64,000 bases of DNA. It comes from an uncultured Bacteroidales bacterium. Its GTDB lineage: Bacteria > Bacillota_I > Bacilli_A > ML615J-28 > CAG-698. This document shows positions 19,735 through 28,918 of the stretch, in pieces. The notes beneath the pieces were generated by a model that ran no database searches, was not told the origin of the DNA, and was given only the letters and a program-made list of their open reading frames with translations. The translations under genes were made by a program, and so were the position numbers. Location of the stretch: assembly GCA_964516425.1 (NCBI GenBank), contig CAZFAM010000003.1, positions 11,215 through 75,214 of the forward strand. The letters run 5' to 3'. Position 1 is the first letter of the stretch. Every line of letters starts with the position of its first letter.

Positions 19735-20751
19735 ATGATTATTACATTTAAAATTAATGCCCCAATTAACGAGGTTAAAGAACTAAAAAGAAAAATTGAA
19801 AATTTTAACATTAAAGTGATTGATGCTAGTAGTGAAGACTTAGGCGTATTTGGACTTATTGGCAATATACATAATATAGATATTGACCAGGTTGCTTGCT
19901 ATAACTGGATTGTTAATATAATAAGAATTACAGAAAATCAATATATGACAAGCAAATCAAAAAATAATGAAAAATCAGTTGTAAAAATTAAAGATGTGGA
20001 AGTAGGTGGCAACAATACAATTATTATTGCGGGACCTTGTAGCATTGAAAATGAAAATCAATATATAACTACATGCCAAGCAGTTAAAGATTGTGGTGGT
20101 CATATTTTAAGAGGCGGAATATATAAACCTCGCACTTCTCCTTATGTATTTCAAGGATTAGGAAAAAATGCGCTTCCAATTATAGAAAAAGCAAAAGAAA
20201 AATTACATATGCCAATTGTTTCTGAAATAACTTCTATATCGCAAATCCAAGAATTAGAAAATGTAGTTGATGCTTTTCAAGTTGGTGCAAGAAATATGCA
20301 AAACTTTGAATTATTAAAAGCTTTAGGTAAAACAAATAAACCAATAATTTTAAAAAGAGGCTTTGCGAATACAATCGAAGAATGGCTAATGAGCGCTGAA
20401 TATATTATGGTAAATGGTAATAGTAATATTATTTTATGTGAAAGAGGTATTAGAACATTTGAAACGATGACTCGAAACACCCTTGATTTATCCGTTATTA
20501 CAATAATCAAACAAAAAACTCATTTACCAATAATTATTGATCCATCACATGCAACAGGCCATTGGGAATTAGTAGAAAGCATCTCGCTTGCTGCTATCGC
20601 CTGTGGTGTTGACGGTTTAATGATTGAAGTACATAATAAACCAGAATGCGCATTAAGTGATGGTGGTGAATCATTAAATATTAATAACTTTCATAATTTA
20701 ATGATAAAAGCAAAAAAACTTTCAGATTTTATGAATAAACCTATAATATAA
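19735..20751 (+). CDS. aroF: 3-deoxy-7-phosphoheptulonate (DAHP) synthase, type I-beta, with an N-terminal ferredoxin-like regulatory domain
   Basis: IIAGPCSIEN, GGIYKPRTSPYVFQGLG and DPSHATG motifs, plus an N-terminal extension of about 70 aa. Confidence 0.9.
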   Translation: MIITFKINAPINEVKELKRKIENFNIKVIDASSEDLGVFGLIGNIHNIDIDQVACYNWIVNIIRITENQYMTSKSKNNEKSVVKIKDVEVGGNNTIIIAGPCSIENENQYITTCQAVKDCGGHILRGGIYKPRTSPYVFQGLGKNALPIIEKAKEKLHMPIVSEITSISQIQELENVVDAFQVGARNMQNFELLKALGKTNKPIILKRGFANTIEEWLMSAEYIMVNGNSNIILCERGIRTFETMTRNTLDLSVITIIKQKTHLPIIIDPSHATGHWELVESISLAAIACGVDGLMIEVHNKPECALSDGGESLNINNFHNLMIKAKKLSDFMNKPII

Positions 20752-20755
20752 AAAG

Positions 20756-20800
20756 AGGGAATACACTTTAAGATAGCCTTAAATGTATTCCTATTTTTTT
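20756..20800 (+). terminator. terminator after aroF, overlapping the stop of the convergent methyltransferase gene
   Basis: Imperfect stem GGGAATACACTTTAAG/CTTAAATGTATTCC followed by a T7 run. Confidence 0.6.
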
Positions 20801-21456
20801 CGTTCAATAATTAAAGGTTTAATAACTTGTAAACCTTGTTTACCATATTTGACAGCTTTTAACATGAAAATATTAGATAATTCTTTATTAATATCATAAA
20901 TAAACTGTATTTTTTTTATAGTTAACTTATTACTTTCAAGTGTAGTTATAACTTCATCTAATCTCGATGATTGAAATAAAAAGTATAAACAACCATTAGG
21001 TTTTAAATTTCGCTTAATACATGAAATCATTTTTTCTAAAGAAAATGATCCTTCGTGTTTTGCCAATGTAAGATAAGGGTTTAAAGCTTTATTGTCTTCT
21101 TCTGTTTTAAAATATGGAGGATTAAAAATTATGACGTCTACAGGTTCAGATATATATTCATTTGCATCAACACATTGTAATTCATAATTTTTAATATTGT
21201 TTAATTCCATATTTTTTTTAGCAAGTTCAATTGCTTTCTCATTAATATCAATTCCTATCAATTTTTTAGGATTAAAGCGATTAGCATATAACAGTAAAGC
21301 ACCATTGTTTGTTCCAATATCGAGGACAACATCATTACGATATATCTCAATAAATTCTCCTAAGACCATTGTGTCAGTATTAATACAAAACATTTCACTA
21401 TCTTGATATAATTTGATATCTTGATGATTAGGTAAATAATCTAATGAAATGGCCAT
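20791..21456 (-). CDS. SAM-dependent methyltransferase, tRNA (adenine-N6) TrmN6/YabB-like
   Basis: VLDIGTNNGAL SAM motif and the IIFNPPYF catalytic motif. Confidence 0.75.
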   Translation of the reverse strand: MAISLDYLPNHQDIKLYQDSEMFCINTDTMVLGEFIEIYRNDVVLDIGTNNGALLLYANRFNPKKLIGIDINEKAIELAKKNMELNNIKNYELQCVDANEYISEPVDVIIFNPPYFKTEEDNKALNPYLTLAKHEGSFSLEKMISCIKRNLKPNGCLYFLFQSSRLDEVITTLESNKLTIKKIQFIYDINKELSNIFMLKAVKYGKQGLQVIKPLIIERKK

Positions 21457-21464
21457 AAATCACC

Positions 21465-22925
21465 TTACGACTTCTTAGTCCATGCTCTTGGACTAAACAG
21501 TAATAACAAAGGGAATAATTCCAATCTACCAGCAATCATTTCTAGTGATAATATAAGTTTAGAAAAACTTGAAAATCCCGAAAATGATCCATATGGACCA
21601 ACCATACCAAATCCCGGTCCAACATTACTAATACAAGTTAATGAGGCCGAAAAAGTAGTTTCCAAATTAAAGTTATCAAACGATATCAGTAAAGAACAAA
21701 CTAAAAATAACAAAATATAAACTGCAATATAACTATGAACAGAATCAACAACACCTTCGTCTAGTGTTTTACCATCTAATTTTATAATCTCAACTTTTCT
21801 AGGACTTAGCATATTTTTTAATTTTCTTACAGTTGACTTGATTAAAATTATTACCCTTGTTATTTTTACTCCACCAGATGTTGATCCAGCACAGGCGCCA
21901 GTAATCATAATCAAAATTAAAACAACTTTTGCAATTGTAGGCCACATATTAAAATCAACTGATGAATATCCTGTTGTAGAAATAATGGACGCAACTTGAA
22001 ATAATCCATGTCTAAATGAATATTCTAAACTATTGTTATTATTATATAAACTAATTGTAACAATAATTGTAGCCATAATAACAATTAATAAATAAACCTT
22101 CAATTCACCATTTTTTAAAATCTCTCTCCAAGAACCTATTAATATAAAATAAAAAATTGAGAAATTGATTCCAAATAAAATCATAAAAACAGATAAAACA
22201 TAATGTGAATAACTAGAATATAATTCAAGTCCTGTTGAATCCATTGAAAAACCACCTGTTCCAGCCGTTCCAAGTGCATAAATTATGCTATTAAAAAATT
22301 TCATTTTTTCATCAGGTCCTAACCATAATAACAATATCAAAATTATGGTCATTACGATATAAATTAAATATAATATTCGTGAAGTAACTTTCATTTTAGA
22401 AACCAGTTTACCTGCTTGTGGTCCTGGACTTTCAGCTCGCAATATGTGAACCGCTGATCCATCATTGCTTTCAGGAATAAATGCTAGAATAAATACTAAT
22501 ATTCCCATACCACCAATCCAATGTGATAAACTACGCCAAAGTAAAATACTATGGCTAATTTTAGTTATATCTTCAATTATACTTGCTCCAGTAGTAGTAA
22601 AACCAGATGACATTTCAAAAAAAGCATCAAAGAAATTAGGAACTTCTAATGAAATCATTAGTGGTGTTGCTCCTATTAATGACATCAACAACCATGTTAT
22701 ACTAACTATTATAAAACCATCGCGAGCGTTTATTTTGAAATTTTTTGCTTTTTTAATATTCAAAAATAATCCTAATAACAAACAAACAATTAATGGAATC
22801 AAAAATGATAAAATATTTCGAATACTCTCTTTATAGATTAGAGTAACAATTAATGGAAAAATCATTAACAATGCAATTATAATCATAATTTTTCCAATAA
22901 TATTTTTTATAATTGTATAATTCAT
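21465..22925 (-). CDS. trkH: TrkH/KtrB family potassium uptake membrane subunit
   Basis: 486 aa polytopic protein with repeated TTGF/TGG selectivity-filter-like motifs (SSGFTTTGAS, GTAGTGGFS, STTGYS, STSGGVK). Confidence 0.9.
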   Translation of the reverse strand: MNYTIIKNIIGKIMIIIALLMIFPLIVTLIYKESIRNILSFLIPLIVCLLLGLFLNIKKAKNFKINARDGFIIVSITWLLMSLIGATPLMISLEVPNFFDAFFEMSSGFTTTGASIIEDITKISHSILLWRSLSHWIGGMGILVFILAFIPESNDGSAVHILRAESPGPQAGKLVSKMKVTSRILYLIYIVMTIILILLLWLGPDEKMKFFNSIIYALGTAGTGGFSMDSTGLELYSSYSHYVLSVFMILFGINFSIFYFILIGSWREILKNGELKVYLLIVIMATIIVTISLYNNNNSLEYSFRHGLFQVASIISTTGYSSVDFNMWPTIAKVVLILIMITGACAGSTSGGVKITRVIILIKSTVRKLKNMLSPRKVEIIKLDGKTLDEGVVDSVHSYIAVYILLFLVCSLLISFDNFNLETTFSASLTCISNVGPGFGMVGPYGSFSGFSSFSKLILSLEMIAGRLELFPLLLLFSPRAWTKKS

Positions 22926-22928
22926 TTT

Positions 22929-24287
22929 TTACACCAATATATCCGTTAATTCTGTTAAAAATTTATCGGACGTTGTTACTACAATAACACTATCATTTAA
23001 CATTATCATATCATTACCAGTAGGAATAATAACTTCGCCATTTCGAATAATCGAGGCTATTAAAATTTTACTTTTTAATTTTAAATCTTTTAAAGCAATA
23101 TTTAATATTTTTTTATCTTCTTTTGCCACAAACTCTAAAGCTTCAACTTGATTATTGACAAGTTTATATAATGTCACTAAGTTACTTCCTCTTAAATTAC
23201 TTGTAGCACGAACATAACTTACAATTCTAGATGCTGTGACTTCTTTAGGAGCAACAATGCTTGCCATATTAATAGTTTCAAGCAAATTAAATAGTGTGCT
23301 TTTATTAACTTTAGTTATTATTTTATGAACATTTTGCTTAGAAGCATACATTGAAACTATAATATTTTCTTCATCTAAATCCGTTAAACAAACAATAGCA
23401 TCTGTTTCGTTAATTCCTTCTTCTTGAAGTAACACTTGATCAGATCCATCGCCATGAATAATTGTTGCCTCAGATAATAACTCACTTAATTCTAAACATC
23501 TTTGATAATTTTTTTCTACGATTTTAACTTCATATTTATTTTTAATTAACATTTCTGCCAAATATAAACTAATTTTTCCACCACCAATAATCATTACAGA
23601 TTGAATTTTTGATTCTATTAATTTAAGTTTTTTCAAAAATGCTCTTACATTATTACGACTAGCGGTAATATGAATTTTATCATTTGCTTTAAAAACAAAA
23701 TTACCATCAGGAATTATTACTTCATCTTTCCTTTGAACAGCACAAACTAATATTTTCACTTGATACTTATCATGGATAGACGATAAAGATTGATTTATTA
23801 ATGGACTATTATCAGGAATAAATAATTCAACTAAATCAACATTTCCTTTCGCAAATGTATCTACACGAATTGCTTCTGGAAAATTAATAATATTCATTAT
23901 TTCTTTTGCAGTTTCATATTCAGGATTAATAATTAGTGTTATTCCTAAAGTTCTTTTCATAATATCAATTTGGCTATTATATTCATAACTTCTAACACGA
24001 GCGATAGTCGATTTAGCGCCTAATGCTTTGGCCATTATACATGACAAAATATTTACTTCATCACTTGAAGTGGCGGCAACAACTAAATCAGCTTTTTGAA
24101 CAGAGGCACTTTTTTGAATTTCATAACTAGCACCATTGCCACAAATGCCCATGACATCATATTTTTCAACCATTTGTTCAATGACGCTTGCATTTTTATC
24201 AATTATTATTACTTCATGTCCTTCTTTGGATGTGTGTTCAACAATTGTTCCGCCAACTTTTCCATCACCTATTACAACTATTTTCAT
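22929..24287 (-). CDS. trkA: Trk system potassium uptake protein TrkA (tandem RCK/NAD-binding domains)
   Basis: MKIVVIGDGKVGG and a second IIGGGKISLYLA Rossmann motif. Adjacent to trkH. Confidence 0.9.
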   Translation of the reverse strand: MKIVVIGDGKVGGTIVEHTSKEGHEVIIIDKNASVIEQMVEKYDVMGICGNGASYEIQKSASVQKADLVVAATSSDEVNILSCIMAKALGAKSTIARVRSYEYNSQIDIMKRTLGITLIINPEYETAKEIMNIINFPEAIRVDTFAKGNVDLVELFIPDNSPLINQSLSSIHDKYQVKILVCAVQRKDEVIIPDGNFVFKANDKIHITASRNNVRAFLKKLKLIESKIQSVMIIGGGKISLYLAEMLIKNKYEVKIVEKNYQRCLELSELLSEATIIHGDGSDQVLLQEEGINETDAIVCLTDLDEENIIVSMYASKQNVHKIITKVNKSTLFNLLETINMASIVAPKEVTASRIVSYVRATSNLRGSNLVTLYKLVNNQVEALEFVAKEDKKILNIALKDLKLKSKILIASIIRNGEVIIPTGNDMIMLNDSVIVVTTSDKFLTELTDILV

Positions 24288-24361
24288 ATTAAACCTCTCT
24301 ATAAAAATATACGTTCATTATACATCATTTTATTTTTTTTATCAACAATATCGCAAACAAA

Positions 24362-24400
24362 TAAAAAAGGTAGATACCATTATGTATAATGGTGCCACCT
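24362..24400 (-). terminator. terminator ending the mgtC-orf151-orf129 unit
   Basis: Imperfect 15-bp stem GGUGGCACCAUUAU/AUAAUGGUAUCUACC followed by UUUUUU. Confidence 0.6.
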
Positions 24401-24413
24401 CAATTTTAGAAAA

Positions 24414-24803
24414 TTATTTCCTAATTCCCACAAATTTGTTAAATGCTTTTTCATTATCAATACCAATATAATATCCTAATCTATCTACAAGTTTTTTACC
24501 AATATTGCTTTTCCACATCTTTCTAGAAGCCCCAAAAGCAAAAAAAGTACTATTAACTTGACTGATTATCCATAAATTACCTTCCGCAAATCCAAATTCA
24601 GCTTGTTGGAAGGAAGCAAAACTAATATGATATTCATCGAATGTTTGATTATCATAACACACCATTTCATTATTTTTAACTAAAACATAATAGTTATAAT
24701 ATTCAGGACCAGGTAAAATTTCATTCTCTTGTCCTACAAGTAAAACAAAAACCTCGTCTTCATTTAAGTTTTTTGCTTGTAAAAACTTTTGTAAATTATC
24801 CAT
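24414..24803 (-). CDS. hypothetical protein (129 aa), family not recognised
   Basis: ATG start with a GGAGGA RBS. Same strand as the two genes upstream and 35 nt downstream of the nearer one. No motif recognised. Confidence 0.55.
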   Translation of the reverse strand: MDNLQKFLQAKNLNEDEVFVLLVGQENEILPGPEYYNYYVLVKNNEMVCYDNQTFDEYHISFASFQQAEFGFAEGNLWIISQVNSTFFAFGASRKMWKSNIGKKLVDRLGYYIGIDNEKAFNKFVGIRK

Positions 24804-24838
24804 ATACTCCTCCTAATTTAATAATTAAGTGTCGATTA

Positions 24839-25294
24839 CTATGCTTCTAAATATTTATTTAATATACTATTAATTTCTTCTTCATCCACAGTAAATGTAT
24901 CAATTTCATTTAGACACCATGCAAAGTAACATGAAATAGCTTCCATCAAAGAAAATAAAATATCTTCAAACGACCATTCATCTTCTTTAACTGGTAGTTC
25001 AATGACAGGACATATTTCTTCATTTCTTACATTAGGATAATTATCAAAATCACCCCAATTAAATATGTATCCTTGCTCAGTTTCATCATTTTCACATGTC
25101 ACATAATTCTCATTAACACAATTTATATATACTGGTGTCATAACATTATAATTATTATAAACCCAGTTTACAAAATCATCTAACTTCTTCTTCATTTCTT
25201 CATTAACATTTTCATCATACCACATATAAAATCCTGGTTTAACATCAATTTCTAAATTTAATTTTATTTCATTTGTTTTGTTCCAAATACTCAT
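24839..25294 (-). CDS. hypothetical, strongly acidic protein (151 aa)
   Basis: ATG start with an AGGAG RBS. Begins 9 nt after the mgtC stop. Rich in D/E/N. No motif recognised. Confidence 0.55.
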   Translation of the reverse strand: MSIWNKTNEIKLNLEIDVKPGFYMWYDENVNEEMKKKLDDFVNWVYNNYNVMTPVYINCVNENYVTCENDETEQGYIFNWGDFDNYPNVRNEEICPVIELPVKEDEWSFEDILFSLMEAISCYFAWCLNEIDTFTVDEEEINSILNKYLEA

Positions 25295-25303
25295 TATTAT
25301 CTC

Positions 25304-26041
25304 CTAATTCATTTCTTCAATATAGTATATATAATCTAATGATTTTAATGCTTCAATTATTTCTTTATGTGTTTTATACTTCTTTAATTCATTACTAGTT
25401 ATTGATATAGATATTGAATATACACTTAAACCTGAATTAATATATGCGGGGTTAGATTCTATATCATCAATTTTCAATCCTAATTCGCGAATTGTTGTTA
25501 CAAAGTCTTTTAAATAACTAGCACTTTTTAATTCTAAATGTATTTCAAAATGATTTGACCTATTCTTTAAATAAATCTCAAATAAAGGAAATAATGAAAG
25601 ACTAAGTAATAAAGCAAAAAAGACAATTAATGTAACAGTATATAAACTAGCACCTAACGATAATCCAATAATTGCACATGCCCATAATCCTACCGAAGTA
25701 GTCAATCCTTTAATTTGACTTCTCGACGTATATAATGTGGTATTTGAACTAATTATAGCAACCCCAATGATAATAGCTCCAGAAATTATAAAACTTGATT
25801 GATATTTATTTGATAAATAAATATCAATTGTCATTGCTACTGTAGAAGCTAAAGAAACAAGAATAAATGTTCTTAAACCTGCAGCGTGTCTTTTATTACT
25901 TCTTTCGCATCCAATAATAGCACCTAAAATAACAGCTAAAACAATTTTTAAAACAATACTCCAAATTGATTTATCAAAATCATTCCCTAATACTTTAGCA
26001 ATAGGGTCAACTAAACTTGTAAACAATAAAAAATAATTCAT
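25304..26041 (-). CDS. mgtC: MgtC/SapB family membrane protein
   Basis: GAIIGCERSNKRHAAGLRTFILVSLAS motif, five TM helices and a soluble C-terminal domain. Strong GGGGGAGG RBS. Confidence 0.85.
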   Translation of the reverse strand: MNYFLLFTSLVDPIAKVLGNDFDKSIWSIVLKIVLAVILGAIIGCERSNKRHAAGLRTFILVSLASTVAMTIDIYLSNKYQSSFIISGAIIIGVAIISSNTTLYTSRSQIKGLTTSVGLWACAIIGLSLGASLYTVTLIVFFALLLSLSLFPLFEIYLKNRSNHFEIHLELKSASYLKDFVTTIRELGLKIDDIESNPAYINSGLSVYSISISITSNELKKYKTHKEIIEALKSLDYIYYIEEMN

Positions 26042-26291
26042 AATTTGCCTCCCCCTTCTTATACAATCTTATTTAAATATGTATTATTATACCACAAACG
26101 ATTCTAACACGCAATGAATTTTATTTTTTGATGCCAAATTTCATAAAGATATGACAATATACTATTTTATTCGAAAAATATTTTTTTTGATATACTCGAA
26201 TTTTAAAAGATATAGGTAAATTGAACAAATAAAATTAAAAAGAAATTAAATATGTGCATTATTTTGAAATTTCAAGAAATAATATAAGAGG

Positions 26292-27740
26292 GTGATTATT
26301 ATTAAAAAAAGAAGCAAAAAAATAATTATTGTTGGTGGTGGAATTACAGGTCTTAGTGCTGGAATTAATGCTTTATTAAAAGGGTATAATGTAGAAATAT
26401 ATGAAAAAAATAATTTTCCTGGAGGATGTTGTACCGGTTGGGAAAGAGATGGTTATTACATTGACAATTGTATGCATTGGTTGACAGGAACAAATCAACA
26501 TACAAAATATTTTAAACTCTGGAAAAAACTTGGGGCAATTGATGAAACAAGCAATTTATATCAAAGTAATGTTTTTTATAAATCTACTTATTTAAATGAT
26601 GAAATCATTTTAGGTACAAATATCAAACAATTAAAAGAAAATATGATTAAACTTTCACCAGTTGATATTAGAGAAACAAATCGCTTTATAAAAACACTTA
26701 ATTATTTAATTAAAGCAAACAAAAATGAAAACTGTTTTAAGAGTTTAAAAAATAATTTAAAAGGATACTATAAATGTTATATCTATTATCATAAAATGTC
26801 ATTACAAGAATTATCTTATAAATTCAAACATCCATTATTACAAAAAATGTTCACAGACTACTTTCCTAAAGAGTATTCAGCCTTAACTTTTTTATGTGCA
26901 TATGCAACTTTTGCAAGTGGGAATGGCAAAGTTTATTTAAATGGTTCAAAACAATTTGCTTTAAATATAGCTGAAAAATTTCTAAAGCTTGGTGGTAAAA
27001 TATTTTATAATAGTGCTGTCACTCATATGGACATTTTAGATAAACGTGTTAATTATATTATAGTTAATAATCACAAAATTTATGGAGATTATTTAATTTA
27101 TACAGGAGATCCTGTTTATTTATTTAACAATTTAATAGATAATAAATATATGCCAATTTCTTTTAAAAAGAAAATACAAAAGAAAAGCAATAAACCCATC
27201 TCTAGTTTTCATGTTGCTATAGCTGTCAACAAAGAAAAATGCCCTATAAATTGTAGTACAGTTATTGAAATTAAACCAACACTAGTTGGTAAAAACAAAA
27301 TCAATCGTTTATTAATTAAAGATTATACATATCTTTATCCTAATCAAAATAAAAAAGTAATTCAGATATTCATTTTACAACATAAAGATGATATTATTTA
27401 TTGGAATCAATTATTTAAAAAGAATAAAGATCAATATCAAAAGATAAAACAAATAGTTTCAGACAATTTGATTAAAGAATTAAAAAATTATTATCCTGAA
27501 TTAAGTAGTGACGCATTTGTATTAGATTCATGGACACCAATAACATATCAAAACTTTTTTCACTCTTATTATGGTTCTTACATGGGATTTATTCTTAAAA
27601 AGAAAAGTTCATTAAAACGATTAAGTTTTAAAATTAAAAATGTAAAAAATATGCTTTATGCATCATATTGGCAATCATATATGGGAGGGTTACCAATTAG
27701 TGCTAAACTTGGCGAATGTGTCGTAAAAAAAATAAAATAG
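26292..27740 (+). CDS. FAD/NAD(P)-dependent oxidoreductase, phytoene-desaturase (CrtI)-like family
   Basis: KIIIVGGGITGLSAG dinucleotide-binding motif followed by YEKNNFPGG. The GTG start directly abuts the GAGGG RBS, so the exact start is uncertain. Confidence 0.75.
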   Translation: MIIIKKRSKKIIIVGGGITGLSAGINALLKGYNVEIYEKNNFPGGCCTGWERDGYYIDNCMHWLTGTNQHTKYFKLWKKLGAIDETSNLYQSNVFYKSTYLNDEIILGTNIKQLKENMIKLSPVDIRETNRFIKTLNYLIKANKNENCFKSLKNNLKGYYKCYIYYHKMSLQELSYKFKHPLLQKMFTDYFPKEYSALTFLCAYATFASGNGKVYLNGSKQFALNIAEKFLKLGGKIFYNSAVTHMDILDKRVNYIIVNNHKIYGDYLIYTGDPVYLFNNLIDNKYMPISFKKKIQKKSNKPISSFHVAIAVNKEKCPINCSTVIEIKPTLVGKNKINRLLIKDYTYLYPNQNKKVIQIFILQHKDDIIYWNQLFKKNKDQYQKIKQIVSDNLIKELKNYYPELSSDAFVLDSWTPITYQNFFHSYYGSYMGFILKKKSSLKRLSFKIKNVKNMLYASYWQSYMGGLPISAKLGECVVKKIK

Positions 27741-27831
27741 ATTTATAATTAGGGTATTTCTACTAATATTTTAAGTTAAATAATAAAAAGCAATCCTATT
27801 TAGAATATTTAAATTTCTGTGTGGATGCATA

Positions 27832-27882
27832 TATACCTATAAAATAACTTGGGGCTCCCCCAGTTTCTTTATAGGTATTTTT
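27832..27882 (+). terminator. strong intrinsic terminator after the CrtI-like gene
   Basis: Nested stem ATACCTATAAA...AACTTGGGG-CT-CCCCCAGTT...TTTATAGGTAT followed by TTTTTT. Confidence 0.75.
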
Positions 27883-27944
27883 TGGCGTAAAAATAAGCCT
27901 CATGTTATAATTAGTTGCTACACCAATTAAGAAAGGAGGCTTAT

Positions 27945-28010
27945 ATGAATAATAATACCATAATATTATTAAATTTTCGGCGAAAATACTACTTTGTCAA
28001 AACTTTTTAA
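27945..28010 (+). CDS. candidate 21-codon small ORF (MNNNTIILLNFRRKYYFVKTF)
   Basis: AAAGGAGG RBS 5 nt upstream of the ATG. Possible promoter TTGGCG-18-TATAAT upstream. No downstream gene on this strand. Speculative. Confidence 0.2.
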   Translation: MNNNTIILLNFRRKYYFVKTF

Positions 28011-28097
28011 GTTTATATTAAGTTCACATTATTTAATAATATATATATTTACATAATCTAAACATTATATTAAATTTTTAATTAGCACATTACACTG

Positions 28098-28874
28098 TTA
28101 ATAAACTGATAACATTTTTTTAACGTAACTTTTAATCAAGGGGTCGTTAATTAGTTTTATAGTTTCGTTAATTATATTCTCATTGATTGTTTTATAATAT
28201 GCTTCAGCTATGCTACATGAAATTGCACATAATGTATCCGTATCTCCACCAATGGAAACAGTTGTTCGTAAACAATCTTCAAAATCTGTAGATATTAAAA
28301 AACAATAGATAGCAACCGGTACACTACCTTTACATGAAATATCAAATGTATAATTATCGACTAGTTCTTGATAATCATATTGTAAATTATAGTATTTTTC
28401 AACATATTGCTTTATTTCTTCTTTTGTTTTGTTCATACGTGCATAATAAATACACATACTAACTACTGACGCTCCAATAATGGCATCAGGATGATTATGC
28501 GTAACAGAAGTAATATTATAAGAATATTGTAACACTTCTTCTTCATTTTTTGCAAACCAACCACAAGGAGAAATTCTCATTGCACTACCATTACCATAAC
28601 TATTGTATGGTTCTGTATTTTCATTTAAAACCCACATTAAAAATCTATTTCCATATCCAACATTGGGATACATTTTACCCCATTTTTTTAAGACTTTAAT
28701 GATTTCATCCTTATTTTCTTGATAACCTTTTTCAAATATTTCATAAACCGCAATTGTCATAATAGTGTCATCTGTTATATGACAATGTGGTGAAAACATA
28801 ACAAAATCTTTAGACTTAATATTATGCATTTCATATATTGACCCGACAATATCACCTATTATAGCTCCTATCAC
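28098..28874 (-). CDS. ADP-ribosylglycohydrolase family protein
   Basis: GAIIGDIVGS, DDTIMT, GNGSAMR and GGDTDT motifs. Start moved to GTG 28874 because an AGGAGGG RBS lies inside the longer track ORF. Confidence 0.85.
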   Translation of the reverse strand: MIGAIIGDIVGSIYEMHNIKSKDFVMFSPHCHITDDTIMTIAVYEIFEKGYQENKDEIIKVLKKWGKMYPNVGYGNRFLMWVLNENTEPYNSYGNGSAMRISPCGWFAKNEEEVLQYSYNITSVTHNHPDAIIGASVVSMCIYYARMNKTKEEIKQYVEKYYNLQYDYQELVDNYTFDISCKGSVPVAIYCFLISTDFEDCLRTTVSIGGDTDTLCAISCSIAEAYYKTINENIINETIKLINDPLIKSYVKKMLSVY

Positions 28875-28918
28875 AAACCCTCCTAAAAAATAAACCAATA
28901 GACCAATCTATTAGTTTA

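Noticed and set aside
22465-22836. Antisense or alternative-frame ORFs of 60-123 aa inside well-supported genes. Examples: 2512-3217, 4860-5102, 10153-10407, 16124-16435, 20277-20510, 22465-22836, 24096-24471, 41608-41916, 47416-47742, 50635-50937, 51952-52176, 57703-58113, 61483-61695.
   Set aside because: All lie within genes that have clear family motifs. They have low-complexity Ile/Leu/Ser/Phe-rich translations and no RBS. This is typical chance openness of the codon-complementary frame.
24288-24413. Possible c-di-AMP (ydaO-type) riboswitch ahead of trkA/trkH.
   Set aside because: The gap is filled by the terminator of the upstream unit plus a short promoter region. There is no ACGGGGA-type pseudo-symmetric core.
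26042-26291. Possible Mg2+ (M-box) riboswitch ahead of mgtC.
   Set aside because: The 250-nt region is almost pure AT, with no GC-rich conserved helices. It looks like a divergent promoter region only.
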